64,000 bases of DNA, taken from IMG/VR virus record IMGVR_UViG_3300032116_000089, positions 1 through 64,000 of that record. One strand, given 5' to 3'. Positions 38,255-46,812 of this stretch are shown here, piece after piece; position 1 is the first letter of the stretch; each line of letters begins with the position of its first letter. Both the position numbers and the translations under genes were made by a program. The notes below the pieces were generated by a model that was not told where the DNA came from, ran no database searches, and was given only the letters and a program-made list of their open reading frames with translations. Source of the stretch: a virus.

Positions 38255-38883
38255 TATGCACCTAAGACTTTCTTAAATATTTTGGTGATATCTTGTTCTT
38301 GTTCGGTTCCAATAAATGCTCTTGTAATAAAATTATTGTCTTTTGTTCCAGAGTATTGTGGCGGAACTCTAAATCCTTTGCCGGGAACCATGTTGCCTAA
38401 TCCCGTTCTGCCTAGACCTGTTTTTGGATTATATTCATAACCAACTACTATTATTTCATCTCCACGTAATAACATCCATTCTAACCAGTGTAAATCTCCA
38501 CCAGAATATATAGTGTGTCCTTGTGGCAATGCTAATAAATTAGCAAAATCATTCTGTTGAATTTGAAGCTCAAAACCTCCACCGGTTAAGTTTTGGTTAT
38601 ATTTTTTAAAGGTGATTAATATTGAGCCAGATATGGCATTTATTATTGCATTGACTATATTGGATGGCGATGTGTTAAATCCAAATTCTCCGGTTAAGCT
38701 TCTAGATAATAAAGCTTGTATTTCTGGTTGATTGTTTATCCACTTTGGAATTAAAGATACAACACTGTTGATAATTTTAGATTGATTACTTGATAGAAGA
38801 TTATTTATTTGAGTAGATATAGCTTGATTTATCTTTTTTTCTATTTCTTGTTCGGATTCAAGAAGTTTTAACGAGATACTCAT
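38254..38883 (-). CDS. putative neck / tail completion protein
   Basis: ATGA-coupled start at 38883, LHWLEWML...NNFITRA motif, neck-gene position. Confidence 0.5.
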   Translation of the reverse strand: MSISLKLLESEQEIEKKINQAISTQINNLLSSNQSKIINSVVSLIPKWINNQPEIQALLSRSLTGEFGFNTSPSNIVNAIINAISGSILITFKKYNQNLTGGGFELQIQQNDFANLLALPQGHTIYSGGDLHWLEWMLLRGDEIIVVGYEYNPKTGLGRTGLGNMVPGKGFRVPPQYSGTKDNNFITRAFIGTEQEQDITKIFKKVLGA

Positions 38884-39359
38884 ATTCTTCTCCATAGACA
38901 AGAAAAATATCTTATCTGTCGTAATCCCATTGGATTATGCTCACCAATTCGCTCAAACCTCATTTCTTTGATATCTTTGATATTATTATGTACTATTAGC
39001 GCCTTAGATTTTAGTATAATAGGTAAATCAGTCATCATACCAATTGTTTGAATAACGTTGTCTGGAACTTGTACAGATGCGACATTGATAAATTCTTTAG
39101 GATTCCAATACACTTTTAATCTAATATCTTGAAGCACTTCTACTTCTTTAATAATTTTGTTGCTTCTCTCGTAATCACCCTTACGATTAATGTGGGCATT
39201 TATAGAGTTTCTTTCTGGAATATTATTATTTGGCACGTATACTATTTCTTCAACAGTGTCTGTCAATACTAATTGGCAATCAACTCCAAAAATGTCGAAG
39301 GTGGAATCTATAACATCAAAATATTTGTCGAAGACACTTTCTGGTACATTGACGGGCAT
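38880..39359 (-). CDS. putative head closure (stopper) protein
   Basis: 159 aa, beta-rich, ending PMGLRQIRYFSCLWRRI. Call is by synteny. Confidence 0.5.
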   Translation of the reverse strand: MPVNVPESVFDKYFDVIDSTFDIFGVDCQLVLTDTVEEIVYVPNNNIPERNSINAHINRKGDYERSNKIIKEVEVLQDIRLKVYWNPKEFINVASVQVPDNVIQTIGMMTDLPIILKSKALIVHNNIKDIKEMRFERIGEHNPMGLRQIRYFSCLWRRI

Positions 39360-39366
39360 TTTACAC

Positions 39367-39882
39367 CTATATAGTAATATCTATAGATGCTAGCTCTTCT
39401 GATGAAGTGGCTGCATTTATTGACTGTTTTATGGAAGCATAAGAATTGCTTAATATTGAGCGAGCTTGACCATATTGCAACATAAGTAAAGTAAGATCTT
39501 GTAGATTCATAGAATGTGATTGACCCTCTTTGTCTACAATTGTTGCTAGATCATTTATTCCAATATTATTAGCTTCTTTAGCTAAAGTGAATGCCCCATT
39601 AAGTAAGGTAATATCAGAAACATCTATGCCTAAACTATAACCAGAAGGTGTCTCCCAGCCATCTTTGACTTTTTCTTTCCATACGTTATCAAGAATTTGC
39701 ATTTTTTGAATTTTAAGTTTTTGCAGAGGCCATGCGTTCAAAATAGTATTTATTTCTTCAATTTGAGATAATGAAGGTTGATTGTCTTCATAATATTGAA
39801 TATTCACAGATCCATCCGAAGATTCGGAAAGAGTTTTAACCATAATAATAGGTAACAAATCTCTATACAAATGATTTAACAT
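39367..39882 (-). CDS. putative fibre assembly chaperone (DUF4376-like)
   Basis: 171 aa after a fibre gene. C-terminal KQSINAATSSEELASIDI is typical of this class. Confidence 0.55.
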   Translation of the reverse strand: MLNHLYRDLLPIIMVKTLSESSDGSVNIQYYEDNQPSLSQIEEINTILNAWPLQKLKIQKMQILDNVWKEKVKDGWETPSGYSLGIDVSDITLLNGAFTLAKEANNIGINDLATIVDKEGQSHSMNLQDLTLLMLQYGQARSILSNSYASIKQSINAATSSEELASIDITI

Positions 39883-41702
39883 AAATAGGTTCCCATTATT
39901 CCATATTGTCCACTTACTGCTATATTCTCTGGTCCATATTTTTCATTGTTGACGATGGGCAGATTAGTAGTGTTATTACGAACTTTTTGTATTCCAGTAT
40001 ATTGTTGTATATTAGCTGGAATAGAAATAAAAGATGATATTAAACAAGTGCTAACATAATCATTGGCATCTCCACCGATATGATTATAGTTACTAATCAA
40101 AAAGTTACTACCGTTAAACCCATTTTCTAAAATAGAATTTATACCAAGAGCATAACTATTGTTAGAACCATTTAGAGTAACAGATAACTTAATATCCACA
40201 TTACATATTGAGTCAGTACCATTGATGACTAAAATTGGATCAATAAAGGTAGACGTAATTGGCGACCAACCTGTAGATGAAGTAACCCAATATGAACCCT
40301 TAACCAAAGACTTTAGAGGTTTGGAAATGCGATTATACTGATTAAATATAAGGCGTTGTTTGTATGTGTCCATAAATATATTAGATGAACCGGTATAAAT
40401 AGTTCCTAAATATTTTTTGGTATTGTCGGATAACATGATATAAATGCCATCAAATTTTGATATTTCTTCTATTCTGAATGAAGATGTTTTAGTGTTGTAA
40501 AACGGATCTTCAGAATCTTGCCAAGATGGTTCCCACATTTCCCACGGAACAACATCAAAGCTCAAAATATCATTATTCAAGTATCCAAATACATCATATA
40601 AAGTATTTGATGACAATGAAGAAAAAGTAGCGACGATCCTATTGTTGAAACTAGTTTTTACCCAAATATTTCCATCATATAAAGAAATTGAATTGCCGTT
40701 ATATGGAGAATAGTACAGAGTTACTCCAGAGCAATTTAAACAAGATGGATCACCTGAGCTTAATGTTAATCTACCATTAGATATATTGCTATTTATATCT
40801 GTAGAAGTAACTATATTATCTATTTTATCATCTAAGTATCCAGAAATTGCTACAATTTTATTGTTTAAAATGCCAGATATTGCAGTCATAGTGCCAGATA
40901 TTGCAGTACCACCAGCCATATTAAAGTACAATGATGACAAATCTGGAATATCTTCTTTAACAAGATATCTAAACATTGGATAATCTGGAGAACACGGCGG
41001 TACACAACCTCCAGACGGACCAGCAAAAACAGTATTGGCATTTTGCTTCTTGAGTAAAATATTTTGGTTAACAATACCGCTAAGATCAAAAACCACAGAC
41101 GAGTTAATGTTGAGTTGATTTGGTTCAAAATGAACTAACTGCCTGCCACCAGAATATGAAGATATTCCATTATTACCAGATGGAAAATAAATACCAGAAT
41201 TTCCTATATGAATTCCAGATACTACAATATTAGAGTTAGGACTTAAACCTCCTATGTCTAAAGTGCCAGATGGAACGGCTCTATTAATGCCTAATCTGCC
41301 ATTTGTAGAATCAAATACAATTTTATCGCTATATGACAGAGAGTTAGATGAGTTCCATATAGCCAATCCGCTGCTATTTGGAATAGGTTGAGTTCCAGAT
41401 GTATTGAATACAGAATTTGTAGCTGGATAAGTTACATATACTTCTTTAAGACCTTCTATAAAGTTTACTAATTGATTGGAATTAGTAGTTTTAAATGGGA
41501 ATCTTTTTATTTGATTAGAAGAGAGATATAGGCCAGAACCAATTTCATAATTAGTTCCATCTGTTACCGCATAGAATAAAGCATCATCACTAGAATATGA
41601 TGATGAAAAAGATGAAAATCCATTAACTGCACCGGACAAAACAAGATTGCCCGTGCCAATAGTATATGATATTTCTTTTACTCGATCATATAGCTTAATC
41701 AT
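39876..41702 (-). CDS. fibre/appendage protein
   Basis: N-terminal LYDRVKEISYTIGTGNLVLSGAVNGF anchor, a GRLGIN repeat and a GRLTLSSGDP...LYYSPYNGN distal domain. Confidence 0.65.
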   Translation of the reverse strand: MIKLYDRVKEISYTIGTGNLVLSGAVNGFSSFSSSYSSDDALFYAVTDGTNYEIGSGLYLSSNQIKRFPFKTTNSNQLVNFIEGLKEVYVTYPATNSVFNTSGTQPIPNSSGLAIWNSSNSLSYSDKIVFDSTNGRLGINRAVPSGTLDIGGLSPNSNIVVSGIHIGNSGIYFPSGNNGISSYSGGRQLVHFEPNQLNINSSVVFDLSGIVNQNILLKKQNANTVFAGPSGGCVPPCSPDYPMFRYLVKEDIPDLSSLYFNMAGGTAISGTMTAISGILNNKIVAISGYLDDKIDNIVTSTDINSNISNGRLTLSSGDPSCLNCSGVTLYYSPYNGNSISLYDGNIWVKTSFNNRIVATFSSLSSNTLYDVFGYLNNDILSFDVVPWEMWEPSWQDSEDPFYNTKTSSFRIEEISKFDGIYIMLSDNTKKYLGTIYTGSSNIFMDTYKQRLIFNQYNRISKPLKSLVKGSYWVTSSTGWSPITSTFIDPILVINGTDSICNVDIKLSVTLNGSNNSYALGINSILENGFNGSNFLISNYNHIGGDANDYVSTCLISSFISIPANIQQYTGIQKVRNNTTNLPIVNNEKYGPENIAVSGQYGIMGTYLC

Positions 41703-41708
41703 ATTCTA

Positions 41709-42674
41709 TCAAGCCGTATATGTTGGATTAATAGTTACAGTAGTAAGTCCACTGCCTCCCGGTTCGGTTCCAAATACAACTAAATCATTTACTATAGCGT
41801 CTAAGTAATATCCACCAGCACCAGCTTCTTCTGGCTTGCCCATGACCACAAAGCTTACAGAACGTAATTTTTGAGCATCATCACCAACTCTGTATGATAA
41901 AGCCACTGTATTCTCGCTGAAATCTTCTCTACTAGAAGCTGTTACTCTACCGTTACTATGACCAACTGCTACATAGTTGTTATCTTTAAATATGCCAGAA
42001 TTAAAAATAATTGTAAACTTGCCAGTAGCTTCTTTTTTAATGCCAGAGACATTATATGAATCAAGTACTGATGGGCTACCATTACCGCCAATGCCGCTAC
42101 CTTGGAATCTTATCCAAGCCTTAGCAACTCCTCTGGCAGAATCTAGCTTTGATGTATCTTTTAGGAATGTAAAGTTTGTACCACTTCCAACATTAATAGT
42201 CTCTGAAGTATTTGTTAGCTTGCTAAATTGTAGACCTCTATAGCCATTGTTGCTAGTTGGATCACCTTGACCACTAGCATTGATCCAAAAAGTTGACATA
42301 CCAAGGCTTCCGGCCATTGATCTTGTTCCGCTAACTGGTAAATACTGAGTATGAGGATCTCCGGTATTCAAACCATCTAATTGATTATGTAATATACTGC
42401 CGGGACCGGGATATGGAACTCTTTGCATATCAGTTCCATTTGGAGCATTAGGGAACACTATGCCAGATTCTACATATAATATGCCACCTAATCTCACATG
42501 GTTAACAAATGGTGTTTCGGAATTAAAATTACCACTGGCTACAATTTGATTTATAGATTCAACAGTATCTATAATACTGCTTCTGACATCGGCGGCTGAA
42601 ATTTGTCCAGCGTTGTTGTCTGGTATGACACCGCTAATATATGAAATTAAACCACTCTTTGATCTAACAGTCAT
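41709..42674 (-). CDS. short fibre/appendage protein
   Basis: 321 aa with N-terminal IPDNNAGQISAADVR, a GLNTGDPHTQYL motif and a C-terminal AKAWIRFQG...SYNVSGI...TGKFTIIF fibre-tip module. Confidence 0.6.
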   Translation of the reverse strand: MTVRSKSGLISYISGVIPDNNAGQISAADVRSSIIDTVESINQIVASGNFNSETPFVNHVRLGGILYVESGIVFPNAPNGTDMQRVPYPGPGSILHNQLDGLNTGDPHTQYLPVSGTRSMAGSLGMSTFWINASGQGDPTSNNGYRGLQFSKLTNTSETINVGSGTNFTFLKDTSKLDSARGVAKAWIRFQGSGIGGNGSPSVLDSYNVSGIKKEATGKFTIIFNSGIFKDNNYVAVGHSNGRVTASSREDFSENTVALSYRVGDDAQKLRSVSFVVMGKPEEAGAGGYYLDAIVNDLVVFGTEPGGSGLTTVTINPTYTA

Positions 42675-42686
42675 CTGAATCCTCCA

Positions 42687-43208
42687 TTAATATCTAAAAT
42701 AGCCGCCTCTGGAATCGTAATCACCGTGGGTTCTAACAACATAGTCACTGGCTGGACTATATGGGCCAAGAATAGCGTGTCCAACCATACTACCACCAGC
42801 ACGATAATCTAGTAGTAGTTTAGAGTATTTATCAGAGAGATCTTTGTACAGAACTGATAGGGTAGAGGCTACTCCCCTTAAGTCTATAGCAGATGGGCCA
42901 TCTTTGATTGATATTGCATTAGAAGCTTCAGTTTTTAATTCACTGCCGACTATGATGCAGGCAGTTTTTAATGCAGTTAAGTTGATAAAAGCATTATCTC
43001 TGGTATTACTATCAGTAGGATCTGGAGAAAGTTCACCATTGGCAATATCTATATCATATGAGTTTGTGAAATCAGTTTCTATTGATAGCATTTGTGCGCT
43101 AACTAGAATAGATGTTTCTATTCTATCATCAGAATACTTGTACTTTGCTTGGTCAAGATCATTTATTAAATGTCTAACCATTAATGGTATTTGACTGCGC
43201 CAAGACAT
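42687..43208 (-). CDS. putative head-tail adaptor (connector) protein
   Basis: 173 aa helical protein with VRHLINDLDQAKYKYSDDRI, a typical adaptor N-terminus. Has its own promoter motif. Confidence 0.6.
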   Translation of the reverse strand: MSWRSQIPLMVRHLINDLDQAKYKYSDDRIETSILVSAQMLSIETDFTNSYDIDIANGELSPDPTDSNTRDNAFINLTALKTACIIVGSELKTEASNAISIKDGPSAIDLRGVASTLSVLYKDLSDKYSKLLLDYRAGGSMVGHAILGPYSPASDYVVRTHGDYDSRGGYFRY

Positions 43209-43247
43209 AAAAAGTCCCCATTTTTGTTTTTAGGCTTCTCTATGTAA

Positions 43248-43254
43248 TATACAC
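43248..43254 (-). promoter_or_regulatory. GTGTATA putative late promoter
   Basis: Minus strand reads GTTTTAGTGTATATTACAT, 40 nt upstream of ATG 43208. Confidence 0.65.
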
Positions 43255-43259
43255 TAAAA

Positions 43260-43859
43260 CTACATAGTATCTAATTCTTCGTCATTTTCTGGAACTGGTT
43301 CATTTGCTAGTAATTTGCGGGATTTTTTAATAGCTCTATAAACTAACATTTTGCCAATTGCGTCCATAAATGGCAGACCTCTGCGCTTTGCTTCATCTCT
43401 AAGCCATCCAATAATTGTATCTATATTTTCTTCGCACCAATCATTTCCTTTTTCATTCATTTCTAAAGCGTGTCGCTTACAAGAGCAACTATCTGTCATT
43501 TGAATTCCGACAGACTTAATCATTTTTGATAGTATAGTACCGCAATGGTTGGGATTTTCCTCTAATGTTTTAGGATATAATGATCGTAAGTATTTGGCTG
43601 GATCATCACCAAATAACTGAGTAATTTTATTTTCTGCCTGAGATTTTGTCCAATCTCCAATTAAGTCATAGTCAGAACCATTCCAAATTGGTATATTTAT
43701 TTGTAGTCCAATTATTTGTGCTGACACAGATTTGGATTTTGGATTATCTATAAAAATAAACTCTAAGTTTTCTAAGATAACTGGATTTGGATTAACTACT
43801 TTTCCTGCGTTATCAGAATAAGGCGGTGGTTGAATTGTAATAGAATTTTTAAGTTTCAT
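43260..43859 (-). CDS. hypothetical two-domain protein with a Cys-containing helical C-terminal domain
   Basis: 199 aa containing HCGTIL...DSCSCKRHALEMNEKGNDWCEENIDTIIGWL. AAGGA RBS. Confidence 0.65.
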   Translation of the reverse strand: MKLKNSITIQPPPYSDNAGKVVNPNPVILENLEFIFIDNPKSKSVSAQIIGLQINIPIWNGSDYDLIGDWTKSQAENKITQLFGDDPAKYLRSLYPKTLEENPNHCGTILSKMIKSVGIQMTDSCSCKRHALEMNEKGNDWCEENIDTIIGWLRDEAKRRGLPFMDAIGKMLVYRAIKKSRKLLANEPVPENDEELDTM

Positions 43860-43918
43860 ATTTATTTCCTTTCAATAATGAGATCGTTACATACTATAAT
43901 AGCTAGTGCAAGCACTTT

Positions 43919-45610
43919 TTAGCCAAATCGCACACAAAATGTCATAGTCTCTACAGCGCCTTCGTCACCGGGATTAGGCGGTGGAGGTGTAAAGTTAGGA
44001 TATGCACAATTACATCCAAAATCGCAGGAATCAACAAGCAAAAGCCATTCGTCTTGGCCATTCCATCCCCAAAGGCAATTTCCTCCTCCGCAAACACATA
44101 TGCCGCCCGTACACATATCATTTTCTTTGCAGCATGTCCCATTACAGCATGTTTCATCGGGATCGCAAAGATCTACACATCCAGCCGGTGTGCATACTTT
44201 ACACAGAGTTGGGTTACAGCAGATACCCTGACAGCATGGAGCAATTGGATCACATCTATCAACGCAATTATTGCCCATACAGTCTTCGCAAGCCATTTTA
44301 TTACATGGTGGATCACAGCCGGGTGGATTTGGTGATGGAGTAGGTGGCTCGCAAGCTGGACCAACGATTGCAGTTGGGCAACAAAGACCACCAACAGGAG
44401 TCCATCCCTGTGGACAGCACCCTATAGATGTAATTTCAAAACCAATCGGACAGTTTCCCGGAGGTAACGTTGTAGATGGATTTTCAGTAGTACTTGGAGT
44501 GGAAGTTGTAGATGATGGAGTTTGTGTAGTACTACTAGTTGGCTCAGTAGTCGGAACTGTAGTTGTCCCTGTTGTTGTGCTGCTAGTGCCTGTGGTTGAA
44601 GTTGAAGTTGAAGTTGAAGTTGAAGTGGATGTTGTAGTTGTAGTACTAGTTGTCGTTGTTGGTGGATCTATACAAGCAAACTCATCAAAAATATTTTCTG
44701 GACAACATTTAATCGCGCCGGTAGATGGATCTATTAATATATAAGATCCACAAGGGCAACAACTTTCACCCTGTATATGATCAATGAGACAATAATTTGC
44801 GCCATATACTATACATGGGTTGGGGGTTGTTGTAGTTGTAGTTGTGCTTGTAGATGTAGAGGTGCTTGTAGTTGTGGGTTCTACAGTTGTAGTTGTAGTT
44901 GTGGGTTCTACAGTTGTAGTTGTAGTTGTGCTTGTGGATGTAGAGGTGCTTGTTGACGTAGAAGTACTTGTTGACGTAGAAGTGCTGGTTGATGTTGAAG
45001 TGCTGGTTGATGTTGATGTGGAAGTAGTTGTTGGGATGAGCGTCGTAGTGCTGCTAGTTGTAGTGCTACTAGTTGTTGTACTACTAGTTGTTGTTGGGCA
45101 TGGAATATCAATAGTTATAGAATAAGGATTTAAACTAATTGATGGTGGGACTTCGCAACAAGTGCTATCAAAATCACATATACTAGTTATAGATACAAGT
45201 AATTTTTTGTTGAATAGATTTTTAGTGGAACTATTACAATCAAAAATTGGAATATTTATGTTATTGTCACCTATATTATTGACACTAATAAATCCAAGTA
45301 TGCTATCTGTCATATACTCGCTTACATACACTTGAATAGTATTGCTCAAAGTAACTGGATATAGATTTGCATTATCAATATTTTCTGCATACCAAAATAA
45401 TTCAAAGCCAGTAATAGTTATACTAGAGTCTACGACGCATTTTTGCGTGGTGGTTATTAATGATTCGCCATGCTGTATAAGTACTGATTTATCATGGACA
45501 AGCTTGAGATCAATACTACCACTTGTATGCAATACTCTTAGCCCAAGTCCACCATTTGTGTACTTGGTTCCTAATGGAAAATAGATCGATCCACAGTTAC
45601 ACGATGACAT
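43919..45610 (-). CDS. Cys-rich protein with mucin-like Thr/Ser stalks
   Basis: 563 aa with two long T/S tracts separating CC/CP-rich modules. In-strand, with 10-nt spacing from the upstream gene. Confidence 0.75.
   Translation of the reverse strand: MSSCNCGSIYFPLGTKYTNGGLGLRVLHTSGSIDLKLVHDKSVLIQHGESLITTTQKCVVDSSITITGFELFWYAENIDNANLYPVTLSNTIQVYVSEYMTDSILGFISVNNIGDNNINIPIFDCNSSTKNLFNKKLLVSITSICDFDSTCCEVPPSISLNPYSITIDIPCPTTTSSTTTSSTTTSSTTTLIPTTTSTSTSTSTSTSTSTSTSTSTSTSTSTSTSTSTTTTTTVEPTTTTTTVEPTTTSTSTSTSTTTTTTTPNPCIVYGANYCLIDHIQGESCCPCGSYILIDPSTGAIKCCPENIFDEFACIDPPTTTTSTTTTTSTSTSTSTSTSTTGTSSTTTGTTTVPTTEPTSSTTQTPSSTTSTPSTTENPSTTLPPGNCPIGFEITSIGCCPQGWTPVGGLCCPTAIVGPACEPPTPSPNPPGCDPPCNKMACEDCMGNNCVDRCDPIAPCCQGICCNPTLCKVCTPAGCVDLCDPDETCCNGTCCKENDMCTGGICVCGGGNCLWGWNGQDEWLLLVDSCDFGCNCAYPNFTPPPPNPGDEGAVETMTFCVRFG
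44470..45095. repeat. degenerate trinucleotide-based low-complexity repeats encoding Thr/Ser tracts
   Basis: GTTGTA, GAAGTT and GTGCTT arrays, including a 27-nt duplication (TTTTTTVEP twice) near 44870-44930. Confidence 0.85.
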
Positions 45611-45620
45611 TTATTGACTC

Positions 45621-46802
45621 TTAAGGATTTGGGGGTGGACAATCTAGAATATGCGCCGCTAAACAATCTGAATGACACTTATACTTATAAAGTCCGTCTT
45701 CCCAACAAGAATGACCATAATCTTCTATACATTGAGCATCTATTATTGGTTCTATAGAAGATGGTCTACAGGCATCACACTGGTATGCTGGAGAAGGACA
45801 TTGACAACATCCACATTCAGACGCATCTCCAGTAAACGTCCAGTATGGTGGCTGATCGCATCCACAGCTTTCATCTGGAGCATTCAGAATAAAATTTTCT
45901 ATGCATGATATGTTAAGACTTGCGTTCCACTTATTACCGCACGGAGAATTTGGAGCAGAAGGGTTACATGAAATAGAGCCAATAATTATATCTCCACATC
46001 CTAATGTTCCATTTATAGACCAAGTATTGTCTCCGCTCTTAGTAAAGCTAGCTGTGGCGTTCCTATCAGCACACTCTGAACCAAATCTAACTATACCATT
46101 ACCGTCCCAGTTGCAACAATTAGGATCTTGAGTAGTGCTTGTAGAAGTACTTGTCGAAGTCGAAGTACTTGTCGAAGTCGAAGTACTTGTCGAAGTCGAA
46201 GTACTTGTCGAAGTCGAAGTACTTGTCGAAGTCGAAGTACTTGTCGAAGTCGAAGTACTTGTCGAAGTCGAAGTACTTGTGCTAGTAGTAGTTATGCAAC
46301 TTGATTCTACAATTACTGTAAATTCATCAGTATCAATAGTATTTCCAGATAAGTTTTTAGTGAGTACATCTATAGTATACCAAATTATATTACTACTATT
46401 AAGCCAAGTCCAAGGATAAGCTGGTACATTAGTGTATGATGGGGCTTGTCCGTCGAACGGATTAGGTATTCCATACATGTTAAAATATAATCCACTACCG
46501 CTAATTTCAAACAATGGTCTAGACTTCAGTGCGAATTTTGAATCATCCAGTTCAATATAAAACGGTTCACATCCAGCTGATGACATTAGTATGTCAGCAA
46601 CTTTTATGAATAATGGATCTAGTGTTTTTACTGGTAGATTTAGTACATAAACAGACTTATTGTAAGGTGGGCATGGTGCATTTTCATCTGGCAATACAAA
46701 GTAATCGATATCATATGGATCAGCAGGAACCGCTGGTCCACGTTGATCATATTTGGAATATGGAGATGGTAGTTGTATGCACGGATAATTAGGCCGTCCC
46801 AT
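45621..46802 (-). CDS. Cys-rich protein with a (Thr-Ser)n stalk
   Basis: 393 aa: N-terminal domain, about 55 residues of TS repeat, then a Cys-rich C-terminal domain. Confidence 0.75.
   Translation of the reverse strand: MGRPNYPCIQLPSPYSKYDQRGPAVPADPYDIDYFVLPDENAPCPPYNKSVYVLNLPVKTLDPLFIKVADILMSSAGCEPFYIELDDSKFALKSRPLFEISGSGLYFNMYGIPNPFDGQAPSYTNVPAYPWTWLNSSNIIWYTIDVLTKNLSGNTIDTDEFTVIVESSCITTTSTSTSTSTSTSTSTSTSTSTSTSTSTSTSTSTSTSTSTSTSTSTSTSTSTTQDPNCCNWDGNGIVRFGSECADRNATASFTKSGDNTWSINGTLGCGDIIIGSISCNPSAPNSPCGNKWNASLNISCIENFILNAPDESCGCDQPPYWTFTGDASECGCCQCPSPAYQCDACRPSSIEPIIDAQCIEDYGHSCWEDGLYKYKCHSDCLAAHILDCPPPNP
46144..46280. repeat. perfect 18-bp tandem repeat, 7 full copies plus 11 nt
   Basis: Unit GAAGTACTTGTCGAAGTC, encoding TSTSTS on the minus strand. 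Confidence 0.95.
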
Positions 46803-46812
46803 AATCTATCCT

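Noticed and set aside
36043-39359. Contractile tail sheath gene
   Set aside because: No ORF of sheath size or motif lies next to the tube gene. The layout fits a non-contractile tail.
43871-43900. Plus-strand TATAAT with a weak -35 (possible antisense promoter)
   Set aside because: The -35 match is poor, the context is AT-rich, and no credible plus-strand gene follows.
46144-46280. Possible CRISPR array
   Set aside because: Units are contiguous 18-mers with no spacers and encode an in-frame TS tract.
44002-46419. Plus-strand ORFs with Val/Glu repeats (for example 44271-44744, 44820-45125, 46135-46419)
   Set aside because: They are antisense shadows of Thr/Ser codon repeats in the minus-strand genes.
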